Origin: Epiperipatus broadwayi
Taxonomy: Eukaryota; Animalia; Onychophora
Direction of reading: 5' to 3'
NCBI GenBank assembly: GCA_028023455.1
Contig: JAQFVV010000004.1
Location: forward strand, 23,498,001 to 23,562,000
DNA length: 64,000 bases
Shown here: piece after piece, positions 41,900 through 54,920 of the stretch
Layout: each line of letters starts with the position of its first letter
How positions within the stretch are numbered: position 1 is the first letter of the stretch
Made by a program: the position numbers and the translations under genes
The notes under the pieces: model-generated
What the model was told of the DNA's origin: nothing
The model's input: only the letters and a program-made list of their open reading frames with translations
Database searches by the model: none

Positions 41900-42400
41900 C
41901 ATTTACATTAAACTTTTACTTCCACCTGCGATAATAATTTTATATCGAAATATTACACATATTCTTCAAATTTTGAAATTCTGCTTTACTGTATAAATAT
42001 TCACTCACTTTACCACACCCACATATAACTTTATTTCGAAGATATTTTGCATTTGTATTTTTATAAATAATATAGCCAATCTTTTTTTTTTTTGGAATAT
42101 ACAAAAGCAGCGAGTTAAACGTTCACTGTCTACGTTGCTGAAGGGAACAACAATCCTAGTAGTGAACAAATGATGACTTTTGTTAAAATATCTCAAAGTA
42201 CATATTCCATCTTGAATTTTAACCAGTAAAAATTAGACTTCTTTTTTTAAACAATCTTTTTATTTTTATAAACATTTAGTAATTGTAGTAAATATTGTAT
42301 TAGAAACATAAGTTACTAAAGATTTTTTTGAAAATTTATTTTCTTTAAGGCAAATATCTTTTACTTCATGGGTTTTCTGATTTATTTTTAATTTCAATTT
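41900..42400 (-). mobile_element. Decayed Penelope-like linker and GIY-YIG endonuclease remnant
   Basis: IVVPFSNVDSERLTRC..NIFEIK (ORF 42005-42196), then with frameshifts CGCGKV and NFK..EE, resembling the PLE VYxIxCxCGxxYIGQT..RxxEH region. Confidence 0.55.
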
Positions 42401-43769
42401 AACAATTAAGAATTTATTCAGTTTTTTCCAAATTTAAATTGTCATTAATCATAAATTTAGATATTTGAATAAAAAAAATAAATACTTTTTGAATACATTG
42501 CTCATTTATACATCATTTTTATTATAATAATAATTTGTTTAATTTCTTTTAAACATCTTTAACTTGCAATTTTTTTATTATTTATATAACCAATTAATTA
42601 TTCATATTGAAATATTACTATATATTTAAATTAAATTGTTCATGATTGCATAAACATTATTATTTAAATTTGACATTATCTCAAAACTTACTTGGCTGTA
42701 ATAACACCAGTTATGGCAAACTCTTTATCCATGAAAAACGCAGGCATACTGACATTAACTTCAAATCTTGGCTGATCTGTATAAAAAAAACAAAAACAAT
42801 TGCATCAGGAAATATAGTGAACATTAACTTGAAGATGAAAAAATGGTAGAATAAACTGCATTAAGGAAATAGAAAACTATGATAAACTATAATCAACAAT
42901 ATTCCAGGTTGTGAAAACCGTTATGGGATTGCACAATTTCTCAACTCTTACTTTACACTCAAAACACACATATTATTTTAGAATGACATAAAAAACAATG
43001 AAAATGTTTATGTCTAGTATTTTATGCATCTCTTGACAGTAATCTTACTGAGTAGAAAAATTTGAGACATACTTAAAATGAATTCAATTATCACTTTTTT
43101 TGTTACCTTACTACATTTAAATTGATATCTCCTATACATAGGTGATCAATCATTTTGAACTATCACCAAAGACTATCGCCATGGTAAAATGTCAGTAATT
43201 TGTGTATATATTTTGTTTGTACTAATTTAATGTATAATTTACATATTGCACTAATGTCTTCACCATAATTACTTATATTTCTTTAATCTTATGTTGTGCA
43301 TACAATTTTCTGTTATTATAATTAGTGTCAGTATATGTCTTTAATTAGTCCTCTATATTCTAAGAATATATATTTTATAAGTTTATTGTTGAGCAGTAGG
43401 GTGTACTTTGTGCAACCTATATGTTCTAAATAATAGTTACTGGGGCATTCTCATCTAGAGATCCTATAGAAAATTATAAATTGCTTAAATGTCACACTTC
43501 CTTCATTTATGGTGCCTGTATTTTATTTTTCTTTTGAATAGTTTTATTTTTTATTATGCGATTCATTGTCAGAATTAAGCGGTTAGCTAAATGTAAAATT
43601 CAGTTAATAAAATAGATAAAATGAACTCAGGGGAATGAGAAAGTCAACTATAGTATATATAATAATTTATTAAAATAAATGTTTTACATGATAACAACAC
43701 AGTAGCAATGATAGGATTTTAAGTTTTGAAAAGTCCATCTAATCCACTGTAGCAAATATTGACAAGTTT

Positions 43770-44010
43770 GGATTTAGTAAATTATCTGTAATGACTATGC
43801 ATGTCAAATTGCAAATTTACAATATTAGAAAGAGGGCTTAAATTAATGTTAACAGCTTTTGGATGGACACAGGGTCTATCTAGATGTGTTATTTATTTTA
43901 ATTAATGTGAATTCTAAATTATAGTCAAGGAAGGGATTCCCCAGGATATGTGATAGGCTCACATTTATATATTACATACAATTGTGATATGACATGTGAA
44001 GACAGCATTT
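43770..44010 (+). mobile_element. Decayed LINE RT fragment
   Basis: GIPQGYVIGSHLYITYNCDM resembles the GVPQGSxLGPxLFxxYxxD motif. Confidence 0.45.
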
Positions 44011-46092
44011 CCATGTCAAGTTGTTACAAATGCTTATTTCACAGGCAAATAAATAAAAATTTAATAATAGGTTTCAATTAATATCTCTTACATGGCTATC
44101 ATTATTCTCGAGTATTAGTCATTCAAACAGATGAATATTTTCTGCTGCATACTAGTAGCTATATATCCAATGTGTACATTTCTTTCTTTAGTATGGCCAT
44201 GCTAAATCTGGCATACTGTATATATTTTAATATTTATTACCCGGGTTATCTCTTCTTACAGCCGAGTGCATCAATGAGTTATTTGTATTATTTTATTAGT
44301 GTATCGAAAGTCCCACTCTTTTGTCTCATGTATTCTATTTATGAATGTTTAAATAAACTTATGATATGGAAAGTTAAAATCTATAGATTATTCCACAATT
44401 GTATTCACTTGTATGGCTAATTAATAACAGTAACATATCTTAGTATTCCATCATGATAGTTTCAGGAAATTAGTGGATCAAATTTGTCTAATTTATGATG
44501 GTCAGCAATATTCAACTGAACGAATATCAAGGTATATCCTAGATTATTAAGGAATTGCTTAATAATCATATGTTCAATTCATAATCTGACACTATTCAAA
44601 ATACTTGTACTAGTGATACTTAAAAGTGTGATCAATTATCCTGTGTTTAAACCCCAACCAATATAGCATAATCTTTTGTACCTGCAGAATAGGATCATCA
44701 GTCACCCTTCTATATACATGAAATGCATTTATAATTTTATTTTTCCTTTTCTGTTCTTGTTTGTTATAATGTTAATAAAATGGTAGTATACACATTTCTG
44801 CATCTTGTATTATTTTCCATGATAAGTTGTATTTATAGTTTTTATAGTTTAAAGTTTCTTGTATCTCACTGATCTAAAAGGATATAAGAGAAAAATGGCA
44901 GGTATTGTCAAGTATTGTAGTCAGATGGAGATAAATCTGGAAGCTGTAATATTAATAATGTTTTGGGTTTGTATTGTTTATGGTAATGTTTATATATTGT
45001 TTTATACATATTGTACATATAGATTTGAGTTGGGTGGCCATTCCCTAATTTTTAGAGCTGATTTAATTGGGTCAAACATTTTGACGGTTACAATATAGAC
45101 CCTATGTTTGACATCAATTTTCCCAATTGTCAGCCATTTAAGTAAGTAAAATTGGTGAAACATCACATCTAGTGATAAAAGGAATAGTCTATCTTGATGC
45201 CAGAGATCAAATAAATAGACATCAAATAAGTCAAATAACATACAATGAGCTATCAATGATGGTGCATGCAATTATGGTCTTAATTGAAGACCTGTCCATG
45301 TATCAAAATATTAGAAAATATGTTGTTAGATGAATCACTGATATGTACTGGCATTGAATTTATTTATGAACTACAGTTGTCATCACAAACTTTGTAGGTA
45401 ATCTTTTGACATAATGTGTAAGTTATGTGGGCAAGAAGAAGAATCTTTTTCCATATCAGTGATTATTATATTTTCTTCAGTAATAGACCAAATGTAATAC
45501 TCTCCAAAACTTGCTAAGCAAGATATTGACATCAAGTTTCATGTTTGGTGATAAAAAAGCAACAAGAGCTTCATTATCACTGCTAAGATTCACATGGCTA
45601 GTGAGATGCAAAGCAATATTTCAAAAACAAAAAGTCTTATTCTGTTAAACATTATCACGAACACTGGATTAAACAGTTTTTTAAAGACCTCAAATACGTA
45701 TCAAAAATTAAGCTTAAAAATATAGTCACAGGGAATTTCTAATGCATGGTATCTTTTATAGCCTAAGTCAAAGATAAAATCACTACCACACAATAATTAT
45801 TAATAGAAGTGTCTTCTAATAAAATAAAACATTATTGAGACATGCAAAAAAAAAAAAAAATCATCAAAGAACAAAATACATAAAGGCTTTATTTAATGCA
45901 ATATGTTAAATAATAATATGTAATTTCTTACATGTAACTTGATGTTGTATAAAGTATACAGTGAAAAAAATATGTTTAAAAATATTTAGAAATAGCAAAT
46001 TAATTTACATAAATACATTTAAAGACAACTAACTAATCACATACACAAAAAAATGATTTAAACCACTAAACATCACATGATCACCATTCTTT

Positions 46093-46152
46093 ATCCATTG
46101 ATTACTCTGACTTGCACTGAGTGATACTACTATATGGTGAGTTTTGCCTCTA
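46093..46152 (+). mobile_element. 3' fragment of family B
   Basis: atccattgattactctgacttgcactgagt..gagttttgcctct matches the family B 3' part. Confidence 0.7.
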
Positions 46153-47700
46153 TGTTAAAAAAGTATTTAATTATAGTTTTATTGAAGCCTTCAATTCTAC
46201 CAATAAATACAAAAATTAATTAGTCAACAAAGTATATACAATTCTGGAAAGATCATTTTAGGCATCACTTAGAAGATGAACTTATAATAAAAAGTTGTTT
46301 AATGATATAAGAGATAAAATAGTGTTTTAATAAATAGCTCATTGCATAATGGAGGTGATGACAGTACTTACTAAGTTTTTCACCAGGTGATGATGGTTTG
46401 AGCAGTTTTGCATTCTTAATTTACCTTCTAGCTAAAGATAGCTAAATATTTATTTACTGTCCAATATCTTATGAGTAACTAGATAAGTTATGGTTCAATT
46501 ATCAAGAGTAAAATTCTAATGTCTTGAAAATAATTTTCCTAGATCAGGAATCAAATCCAGGTTATAGGCATGGCAGGAGTATGATGTTAAAAAATATAAA
46601 ACCTATAATTATTAGTAAATGCCCATTAGAATATAAAGATAAGCATTTAAATCTTTTCTGTGAGTAAGCATTTAGTATGACTGAACATAATGCTTTAGTA
46701 GCTCTGAATCAAATATAAGATTACATCATCAATATGTTTATTCAATTTATAAGGCAAACATATGCAAACAAGTACAAAGCTGTTAATAACAACAAAAGTA
46801 ATTGATTTTATAATAAACAACTACAAAACAAGATGAATGCAAATATATTAGCAACAATTGTGGTCAGACACAGAGATTAAATAATAAACATATATTTTCA
46901 AAAATAATATAATATGGAAGAACTAACATCATTTAGATCTACTATACTTCCAATAGGGTCAGTTAAAAAAAAAACCATCTTTCAAAATGTTTTCTTTTAT
47001 ATTCATGTAAGTTAATCTCAGCCTGGGGCACCATATACTTTGATAGTTTAGTGAAATAAGCCATGATACAAAAGTGCTACCTAATAAAAGATATCACTTA
47101 AAAATTTTCTTGGATTATAGTATTTCAATGTTTTCACAAAATATATTCAATTAAAAAATGAAATAATGCTCAGAAGTAGAATTCTAAAATTATTTACATT
47201 AAGCAAACTATAATATTACTTTACTATTTTAATCTTATCAAATACCTAGAATAATCTAAAGCATAAAATATAAATCATTGGCTCAATGTTTATGAATATA
47301 ACAAATAAATCATATTGTTTTTTTTTTTTTTTTGCAGTCAGATCTTCCTAAATCTGTTAGAGCATGTTAATCAGATATGACAATTATTAAATTTAAATTC
47401 TATAACTAACAGCAGCTGAAAATGAGCTCACAAATGCCTGATACTTTTTATTTACTGAACATGAATTGTGACTCTTTAGCATAAAAAATATAACAAAAGC
47501 AGCAGAGAAACTTCTATCATAAGCAATCATTCATTTATAATTTTGTATTAACTTTGTATGACACTATCAATTTCATGAATTTGAAATTCAAATTTCTGCT
47601 TTCGTTTTATTTATTAAAAAGGCTACAGTTGAAATATAACTTATGTTTGTATAGACAAATTAATTTATTATACATCTTTTATTTTTATTCAATAGCTGTA

Positions 47701-48321
47701 ATAGTTAAACAGCATTAAGCTGTTGCACATGCGCTTTGCAGATTTTAACTATAAATGACTGAATACAAACACTTCGAACACATGATAAAGTCTTTGGGAA
47801 AAGATAGAATGGCCATCTATCTTTTCGAACCCAAACGCTTTTGTATGGGCAAATCTTAAGTGTCTGAAAGTGAAAGCATGAAGATATTAAATAATCACTT
47901 TAAATTACTTTTACATGCATGTGCAACAGCATAATGCTGTTTAACTATTACAGTTTATAAAACATCACACTATATAAAATAATTGATTTATTTGCATATA
48001 TTTAATTTCAAATAAGAATGACGTATCGTAAATTCTAGTAATTTTCACCAGCATCATTCATTCATGCATGTAAAAGTAATTTAAAGTGATTATTTAATAT
48101 CTTCACGCTTTCACTTTCAGACACTTAAGATTTGCCCATACAAAAGCGTTTGGATTTGAAAAGATAGATGGCCATTCTATCTTTTCCCAAAGACTTTATC
48201 ATGTGTTGAAAGTGTTTGTATTCAGTCATTTATAGTTAAAATCTGCAAAGCGCATGTGCAACAGCTTAATGCTGTTTAACTATTACAGTTTATAAAACAT
48301 CGCGCTATATAAAATAATTGA
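47701..48321. mobile_element. Young family F insertion: inverted partial copy plus 1.2-unit partial tandem, with 17-bp TSD
   Basis: 47701-47921 is the reverse complement of ~48062-48288; 47917-47990 repeats at 48252-48324 (335-bp unit); tttattcaatagctgta occurs at 47684-47700 and 48322-48338. Confidence 0.9.
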
Positions 48322-49802
48322 TTTATTCAATAGCTGTATTTAATACATTCCGTCATTGAATCCTAAAAGGGGACCCAAGGGTAGAAATTGAATTTAAATA
48401 GAAAACATTAAATAATAGTAGGAAAAAATAATGTATCAACAGTTTAAGAAAAGATGCAAGTTAGAAGTTATTACTATTTCAAATTATTGGCTTCTCAAAA
48501 CTCTCCAAATTATTAGATGTACATTTTTATTAAATTTAAAAATGAAATCTTAGTATATTATTAAAAAATGATAACACTTAGCCTTATTTTCATAAATATT
48601 CAATGAAAAAGCCAGGTTTAATGAAAACATGTCATGAGGGTAATTTACATTTTTCAAATTTCTTTCACTGACTCATATGGAAGTAAGGATGAGTGTTAAC
48701 ATTGTTAATTTAAACAAAATCAAAATAAATTAATTGAATATTATGATGAGTGAGAAAGCAGATTTTTAAAATTATTTCTTTATTTTTAAAAAGCATAGTT
48801 TTCTTGTTTTGATATTTTCATCAACAGTAGCAAAGTCTTGCTCTGAATAATGGATAATGAACATACTCAGAGGCACGTCCTCACAAACTCAGCTTTCACT
48901 TTCTACTTCTCAACATCTAAGTTGTGTTGTACTGCTACTGTGTTTATTTAAATGAACACCTCAGTCAGTCATATGGGCTGTGCTTAATGGTTGATTTTTT
49001 CTGGATCTTCTTTGTCTCTTTTCTTTATTATTGTTTAAAGTTTCAAATTAATTATTCCATTATTTTTTAATTCCGTTAATGGACTATTTGTTTGTACTTA
49101 TGAAATATAAATTTGAAATAACAGCAATTATAGTGATTACAAAATTTTGCTAATAAATTTGTGGAAATGGAATTCTAAGAAATATGTAAGTGAAAAAAAA
49201 AAGATTGAGATTGACTGCCTTACATGTTCCAATCAACTAGGTATTAAGTACTTGCAACATCAATAAATTTTATTAGTTGTTCAGCATCATATATAGTTCC
49301 ACCAATGATATTCAAGCAAAAAGTGTTTAATAAACCAAAATGTGGATAGAATGCAGGAGAAAAAACATTTTGGAGATAACACTTTTGAAAAGATCTCTTA
49401 ATTGAAAAAGAGCAGAATAATAAAAATAATATTGGCGTACGATATTGATATAAAATACTTATTCAAAGAAAATAACTGACTTTTATAAAATACAATTAGT
49501 TTTAGTTTATTTATTTTTTGATGAGCTAGGCAATCATTCCATGGAGTTTCAGATACTTTTTTATTATTATTATCATATCTTACATTTAAATATGGCAATA
49601 AAATTTTAAAGTTTATGATACTAATCTCTGACCAATCATTATTGATTAATTATACTTGAAATTTACAGAAACAGTTATGTTACACTATCAAGTATAGGGC
49701 ATATAATGTTAAAAGCCATTATGACTCATAAAAAAGTTAATATGTACAATATATATGATTATGTAATAGAAAATCAAAAGCTTAGATCTTGATCCCCTAT
49801 TG

Positions 49803-50151
49803 CAGGGGTCCCCAACCTTTTTGCACTTAAGAGCACATTCTATAATACCGGCCAGGTGGCAGGCATCATTTATTTTTTCAATGTAAATTTATAGTTGGAT
49901 ATTGTTAATAATACACATAATGTACAAAAAAATATTTATTTCAAAAATAAAATTTTAACATATAATTAATGTTTATATTTTTATGCTGTAAAAGTATAGT
50001 ATGCTCTATAATTTGATTACAATATAAACAATAATTTATAAGAAACTTAAAAAATTAAATTTATTTGTATCAGATAAATAATTTTTTATCGTGTTTGGAT
50101 AGCGGCAGGCACATGTAAAGTGGTCTGCGGGCATACGGTTGGGGACCCCTG
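49803..50151. mobile_element. hAT (Charlie-type) MITE
   Basis: Perfect 15-bp TIR CAGGGGTCCCCAACC / GGTTGGGGACCCCTG; perfect 8-bp TSD ccctattg. Confidence 0.95.
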
Positions 50152-51659
50152 CCCTATTGTATATTTTGTTTCTCTGTTCCCATATATATATAATACTTTG
50201 GGTGCAGTTGTTAAAAAAAGGTTGCTTTGGCAACAGTTTGAGATTATTGATTGTTATCTATATTAGGAGGGTCTACATGTTGCCTGGTTTCTAATGGTTA
50301 TCTATATAAACAAAATAACAGGATTTCATTTAAAAATAAGAAACATTATTAAAATATGACAGTTCTGCTTCTAATAAAAGCAACTCTGTCTCTGACTTTT
50401 GTGTTATTTAATTCATTGTAAAATAGATATTGTAATTTCACAGATGTTGGATTACAATAGAAATGATATCTTACAAAACAAAAAAACTAAAATGATGAAA
50501 ACTGTATTTCTAATATTAGGAAATAAATATCTATATATTATCTATTAGAGCTATCAAATATATTTTGGAACGAGTCAAAGAGCAGATTAGACAGCAACAG
50601 ATTATGCTATTTATCTTACTACTGTATATATAAAAGCAACATCTGCAAAAATAAAAAAAGGAGTATTGTTGAAGTAAACATCTCAATATTACAACAATAG
50701 AAAGCCTAATTTACTGGCCAATTATAAATGTGCGTGTGTGTATACAATACCTGTATATGTCAATAATACAAAAAAATATCTAAGTGCTTTCAATTTGAAT
50801 TTGTAAAAATAAATATGAAAAAAAAAAGATATACATCGTAAAAACTTACAATATTCTTCAATTTCTATACTTTTTTCTTCTTGTTGACCCTAAAATTAAA
50901 AAAAACAAACAACAACAATCAATCATTATTAATTATAAATAATATTATTAATTTTAAGTGTACAATGTCTTTGGTTTTTTTAAAACAATGTCTTAGTGAT
51001 TTTTCATTAGAGCCATAGAATGTGAAACGCACTTTAAAAATATCTAATAAATCCCATTTGTTCAAACGTGTCTTTAGAAATAAATATAAACTTTGCGGAA
51101 TAATATAATAGTTTTTATTATGACACCTTATGTTAACTTTTTTCTCTCAGACAACACCCTGAGGGAAAGATTCTCAACACAAAGTAACCAATTATCCTGC
51201 TGGCATGCATTACACTTATTAATTCTGACATTAGCAGGCTTACTACATAGTGTGCAGCATTTTATTTTCAATGTAACTAGACAGACCACAAACCTCGTTA
51301 TTTAATAATCGTTCACGTGTCAAACAAAGACACATGATTTGAACAGTAGTAGTTCTTAAGAATATAAAAGGTTTAATTATTTTCAAAAAAATTAAGATTT
51401 TAAGTAATTATTTCAAGAGAGGGAGGAGGAGCTCTTGGAATAAATGAACTAAGATTATGAATTAGCATAATCATGAAGCTGGCTTTTTTTTTTTTAACTT
51501 CCATCGAATACTTTTTAAAAAAAAAAACATAAGCTAATTTCTGATTATTTATAATAGTTAATTTCAATTTTTTTACATTAAAAATGAAAACCAAAAACTA
51601 TGATTATTTTTGTGACAAGCTGACTTTATTTTGTATTAGACATAAAAGTTATTATTTTA

Positions 51660-51990
51660 TTTATCATCATTTTCAATCACTATCGATATCGATCCTCCGC
51701 GATAAGCATCTCTTAAAGTTTAATACCGTTTATCCAATCCATATTCTCTCTTTTCCAGAACGTACCAGCAGATTTCATTATTTCATCCATCCATCTTACA
51801 TACAATTTCTTTTGTAATGTCTTGAGGTCCAATTTAAAACTATAACTGCCTCTAGCACTTCTCGGAATATGTCCGATCCAGCCCCATTTCACTCTTTTTA
51901 ATCCTTTCATTAATGTCAGTGATATTTCTCTCAGCCAGATATTTTTTTTTCTTTTCTTGCTCAAACATAAAGACGTTATTTTTATCAAAA
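51660..51990 (-). mobile_element. RTE-clade LINE 3' fragment
   Basis: ORF 51713-52003: KWGWIGHIPR..RWMDEIMKSAGTFWKR; the 3' tail resembles that of the 26040-27360 copy. Confidence 0.85.
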
Positions 51991-52168
51991 TTACTTTATC
52001 CAAGTTTAATTTTATGATTATTTTTACTCATTATAATATTAAAACCAAGTATAATTAAAATACTTGGAGTTTAGATATAATATAGGGGATTTGAACACAG
52101 AGTTTTAAGCTCCCTTCAGCTGTCCACTCTACTCATGACTCCATTAATGTAAAAAAGAATAATGATCT

Positions 52169-52210
52169 CCAATATATGTATTTCATACTGAACCAGCGTT
52201 CATCAGTTGG
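52169..52210 (-). ncRNA. Type-I hammerhead, family D (core intact)
   Basis: CCAA CTGATGA ACGCTG GTT CAGTAT GAAA TACATATA TTGG; helix I can extend through GATCT/AGATC. Confidence 0.8.
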
Positions 52211-52599
52211 TCCAGATCATCATTTCCCACATGCACACACATATATGCAATCAGTGCTCGGTTTATATTAAGATAGCAAATCTTGGAACTTTAATGAACA
52301 GACTTCAGTTCACTCCACCCTCTAACTTTTCACCCATCCATACCATTGAAAATCTGATGATGGAATGCCAAATCCTTTATTAATTCCAATATTAAATATT
52401 AAAATTAACATGGGCGTGACAATAATAATGGCATTAGAAAGTAATTTGGCATTCCATCATCAGATTTTCAACAGGATGAATAGCTGAAGAATTGGAGGGT
52501 GGAATGGATTGAAGTCTGTTCATTAAAATTTGAAGATTTGCTATCTTAATATAAACCAAGCACTGATTATATATATATATATGCGGGAGATATTCTGAA

Positions 52600-52640
52600 C
52601 CAACTGCTAAGTGCTGGAACAGCATGAAATATATTATTGG
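52600..52640 (+). ncRNA. Inactivated hammerhead, family D
   Basis: CCAA CTGCTAA GTGCTG GAA CAGCAT GAAA TATATTA TTGG: A6C and G8A. Confidence 0.7.
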
Positions 52641-53652
52641 ATATCATTTATTTTTTTCACATGTGTGTGGTCATGTGTATCGGTTGTATGAGATAGAGTG
52701 GACAGCTGAAGGGAGCTTGAAATTCTGTGTCCAAACCCCCCATATTTACCCATTATATTTCCAACTGTATTAGTAATCTGACCAACATATTTGTAATTAG
52801 TAACTTCTAATTTATTTTCCTCAGAGAAAATTCATTGAACATTTCTTTTAGCTATTTATCTTTAGTTTTACTTTTTTATTTTCATCTGATAATTCTGGCA
52901 ACATTTCCTAAGACTCTGAAACATTATTTACAAAAGGAAACACTTCATCTGCAAAATTTAGATGTCTTAAATAATTTTTTAGTTTTCCATTTTAATCCAC
53001 AAAATACATCCTGCAAACTGCTGTAACAAGTAATTGAGATATAAAATTACCCTGTTGCACACCCTTTACAATGTTGCATTTTAATAAATATTTTTCAGAA
53101 TATAATATCAAGCTTTAATTACTGTGGAAATACCTTTTTATAATCTAAAAGTTCAAAGTATAATGACAAATCATATTCATTCATCCTTTTTCTAATCTTA
53201 TCAATACTTGGATGTTATCTACTATGTTAAAATCACATTTAATCCCAGCTTGTTCTTTTGATTGGCTAGAATCCAACTTTTACTGTAAACAAGTTATAAT
53301 TACTTTAGTAAACATTTTGTATAAACCTACTACAATTTCTAATATTCTCTTCATCATCTTTCCAAAATACTAATATTATAATTGTATTATTCCAATCATT
53401 TGATAACAAATTTATTATTGAAACTTTGGTATATAGCTGTGCCAACAATTTTTTTTATTTTTTTACCGGTTTTTTTGAAATAACAATAATATTATGTTTC
53501 CTCAAAAATAAAGCTCTTATATTAATTTTTGCTCCAAAAGATACCCTAAAGTTTATTTTCAGGAGATGTATTATTTTTTCACATAACAAAAATCTATAGT
53601 CACATACAAAAATACACATTTATTCAAAATCTCAAATCAACCTCTCAAACAT

Positions 53653-53744
53653 GAGTGGTTAGCACAGCTGCTTTACAAGCAGTTGTCCCGGGTTTGCAGG
53701 TTCGCTTCCCGGCTGATGCTTTGGCACATGAAAAAAACAACAAC
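53653..53744 (+). mobile_element. tRNA-derived SINE copy, 5'-truncated
   Basis: GAGTGGTTAGC..GCTGC TTTACAA GCAGT..GGTTCGCTTCCCGGCTGATGC plus A tail. Confidence 0.8.
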
Positions 53745-54579
53745 ATGTTTTTCCAGCAATGCCCTCTGTGAATATTTGAATTATCAGCTACCCATTTGCA
53801 CTGAGATATTTATGTTTATTTAAGGAGAAAAACTTGTCTGGTGTACTTACGAGATAAAAATGGTGACAAAATGACTACAGTTAAGAATGATTATCCATAC
53901 AAATGCAATGAAAAAATGCAAGCACAAAAATTCAGAAAACATTTCTGTATCTCACACTACATTATGTATGACTGTTACAACATATGGTGTATTGAATTAT
54001 AAAGACTCATATAAGACACAACCACATCCATTTATTATCAAGGGCACAATTGTAAACACTTTCCAAATTGCTTGTAATAGCTCAAATGGGTATTCTTTTT
54101 TAGAACTTTTTTTAGAAAAAATATTGATTTAATTTAAACACTTTTAGGAGGAAAAAAGATTTAAAAAACAAAGCTGATTTTTTTTTTACCTTGAATCTTT
54201 AAAAGCTACCATGATCATACTTTAAAACTGAGTCAAGCATTTTAAATCTAAGTATTAAATAAAAATAAATATCTATAACTATATAAATGAAATTATAATT
54301 TGTCCAATATACTCTTGTGATAGGTAAAATTTTAAAAGTTTGTTAAATTATTTGTAAAGTCAATAAATTAGTTATCTTAACTCCAAGATTCAGCTGAGAG
54401 GAAATTGATTCTCTATATAGGTAGAATTATGTTTGTTTCAATGGGAAAACATGTAAGTACTATTACAATTTATATTATTTATTTAAAGCATTAATATTAA
54501 TGATATTATTTATTTATATATTCATAACTTTAAAAACTTGAGCTGAGTCAAACCACTATGAAAAGGTATTTTAAAATCA

Positions 54580-54915
54580 AATATACATATTCTAATTTAA
54601 TAGCACTGAGTTAATTTTTGGCTGATTGGTTAATCAATGACTTTGGATTCAGCCCTTATTCAATCAAATCTTCCTATGAGTGTGTTGAAAAAATTAAAGT
54701 TACAAAAATAAATAAACACCATACTATTGCATCTTTGGATATAAAAGATCTGTATGAAATCAGTGCCAAGATATTGCATGCATTTAAGAAATTTTGCAGC
54801 AAAATAACTATAATCAGTACAAGAAAGCTTTCACCCTTGAGATATTAAAGTGGATTGACAAGGATATAATTGCCTGCACTAAAGGTAAATATTATAAGAT
54901 GATGCAAGGTTGTAC
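54580..54915 (+). mobile_element. Penelope-like element reverse transcriptase remnant
   Basis: ORF 54618-54848: LADWL..SIKSSYECVEKIK..IASLDIKDLY, later GKYYKMMQG; matches the PLE RT SxDxxxLY and YxQxxG motifs. Confidence 0.75.
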
Positions 54916-54920
54916 ACTGC

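Larger units (their letters stand above)
52083..52745. mobile_element. Head-to-head inverted pair of HHR repeat family D
   Basis: Arms ~52083-52372 (minus) and ~52444-52745 (plus); both are homologous to 8522-8875. Confidence 0.85.

Noticed and set aside
44270-44330. GAGTG..CAATGAG..CGAAAGTC..CACTC hammerhead-like pattern
   Set aside because: The core is too divergent, helix II does not pair and helix III is absent.
44665-44708. Minus-strand CTGATGA with a short stem
   Set aside because: No GAAA in register and no helix I pairing.
46540-46585. Minus-strand CCTGCCATGC..GGATTTGATTCCTG resembling tRNA-Gly
   Set aside because: Too short and decayed to call; possibly an older SINE.
48830-49400. 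Possible pogo/Tigger transposase tail on the minus strand
   Set aside because: Only faint motif resemblance; no TIRs found.
51682-51689. DRE motif TATCGATA
   Set aside because: It lies within the 3' end of the RTE fragment, so it is repeat-derived.
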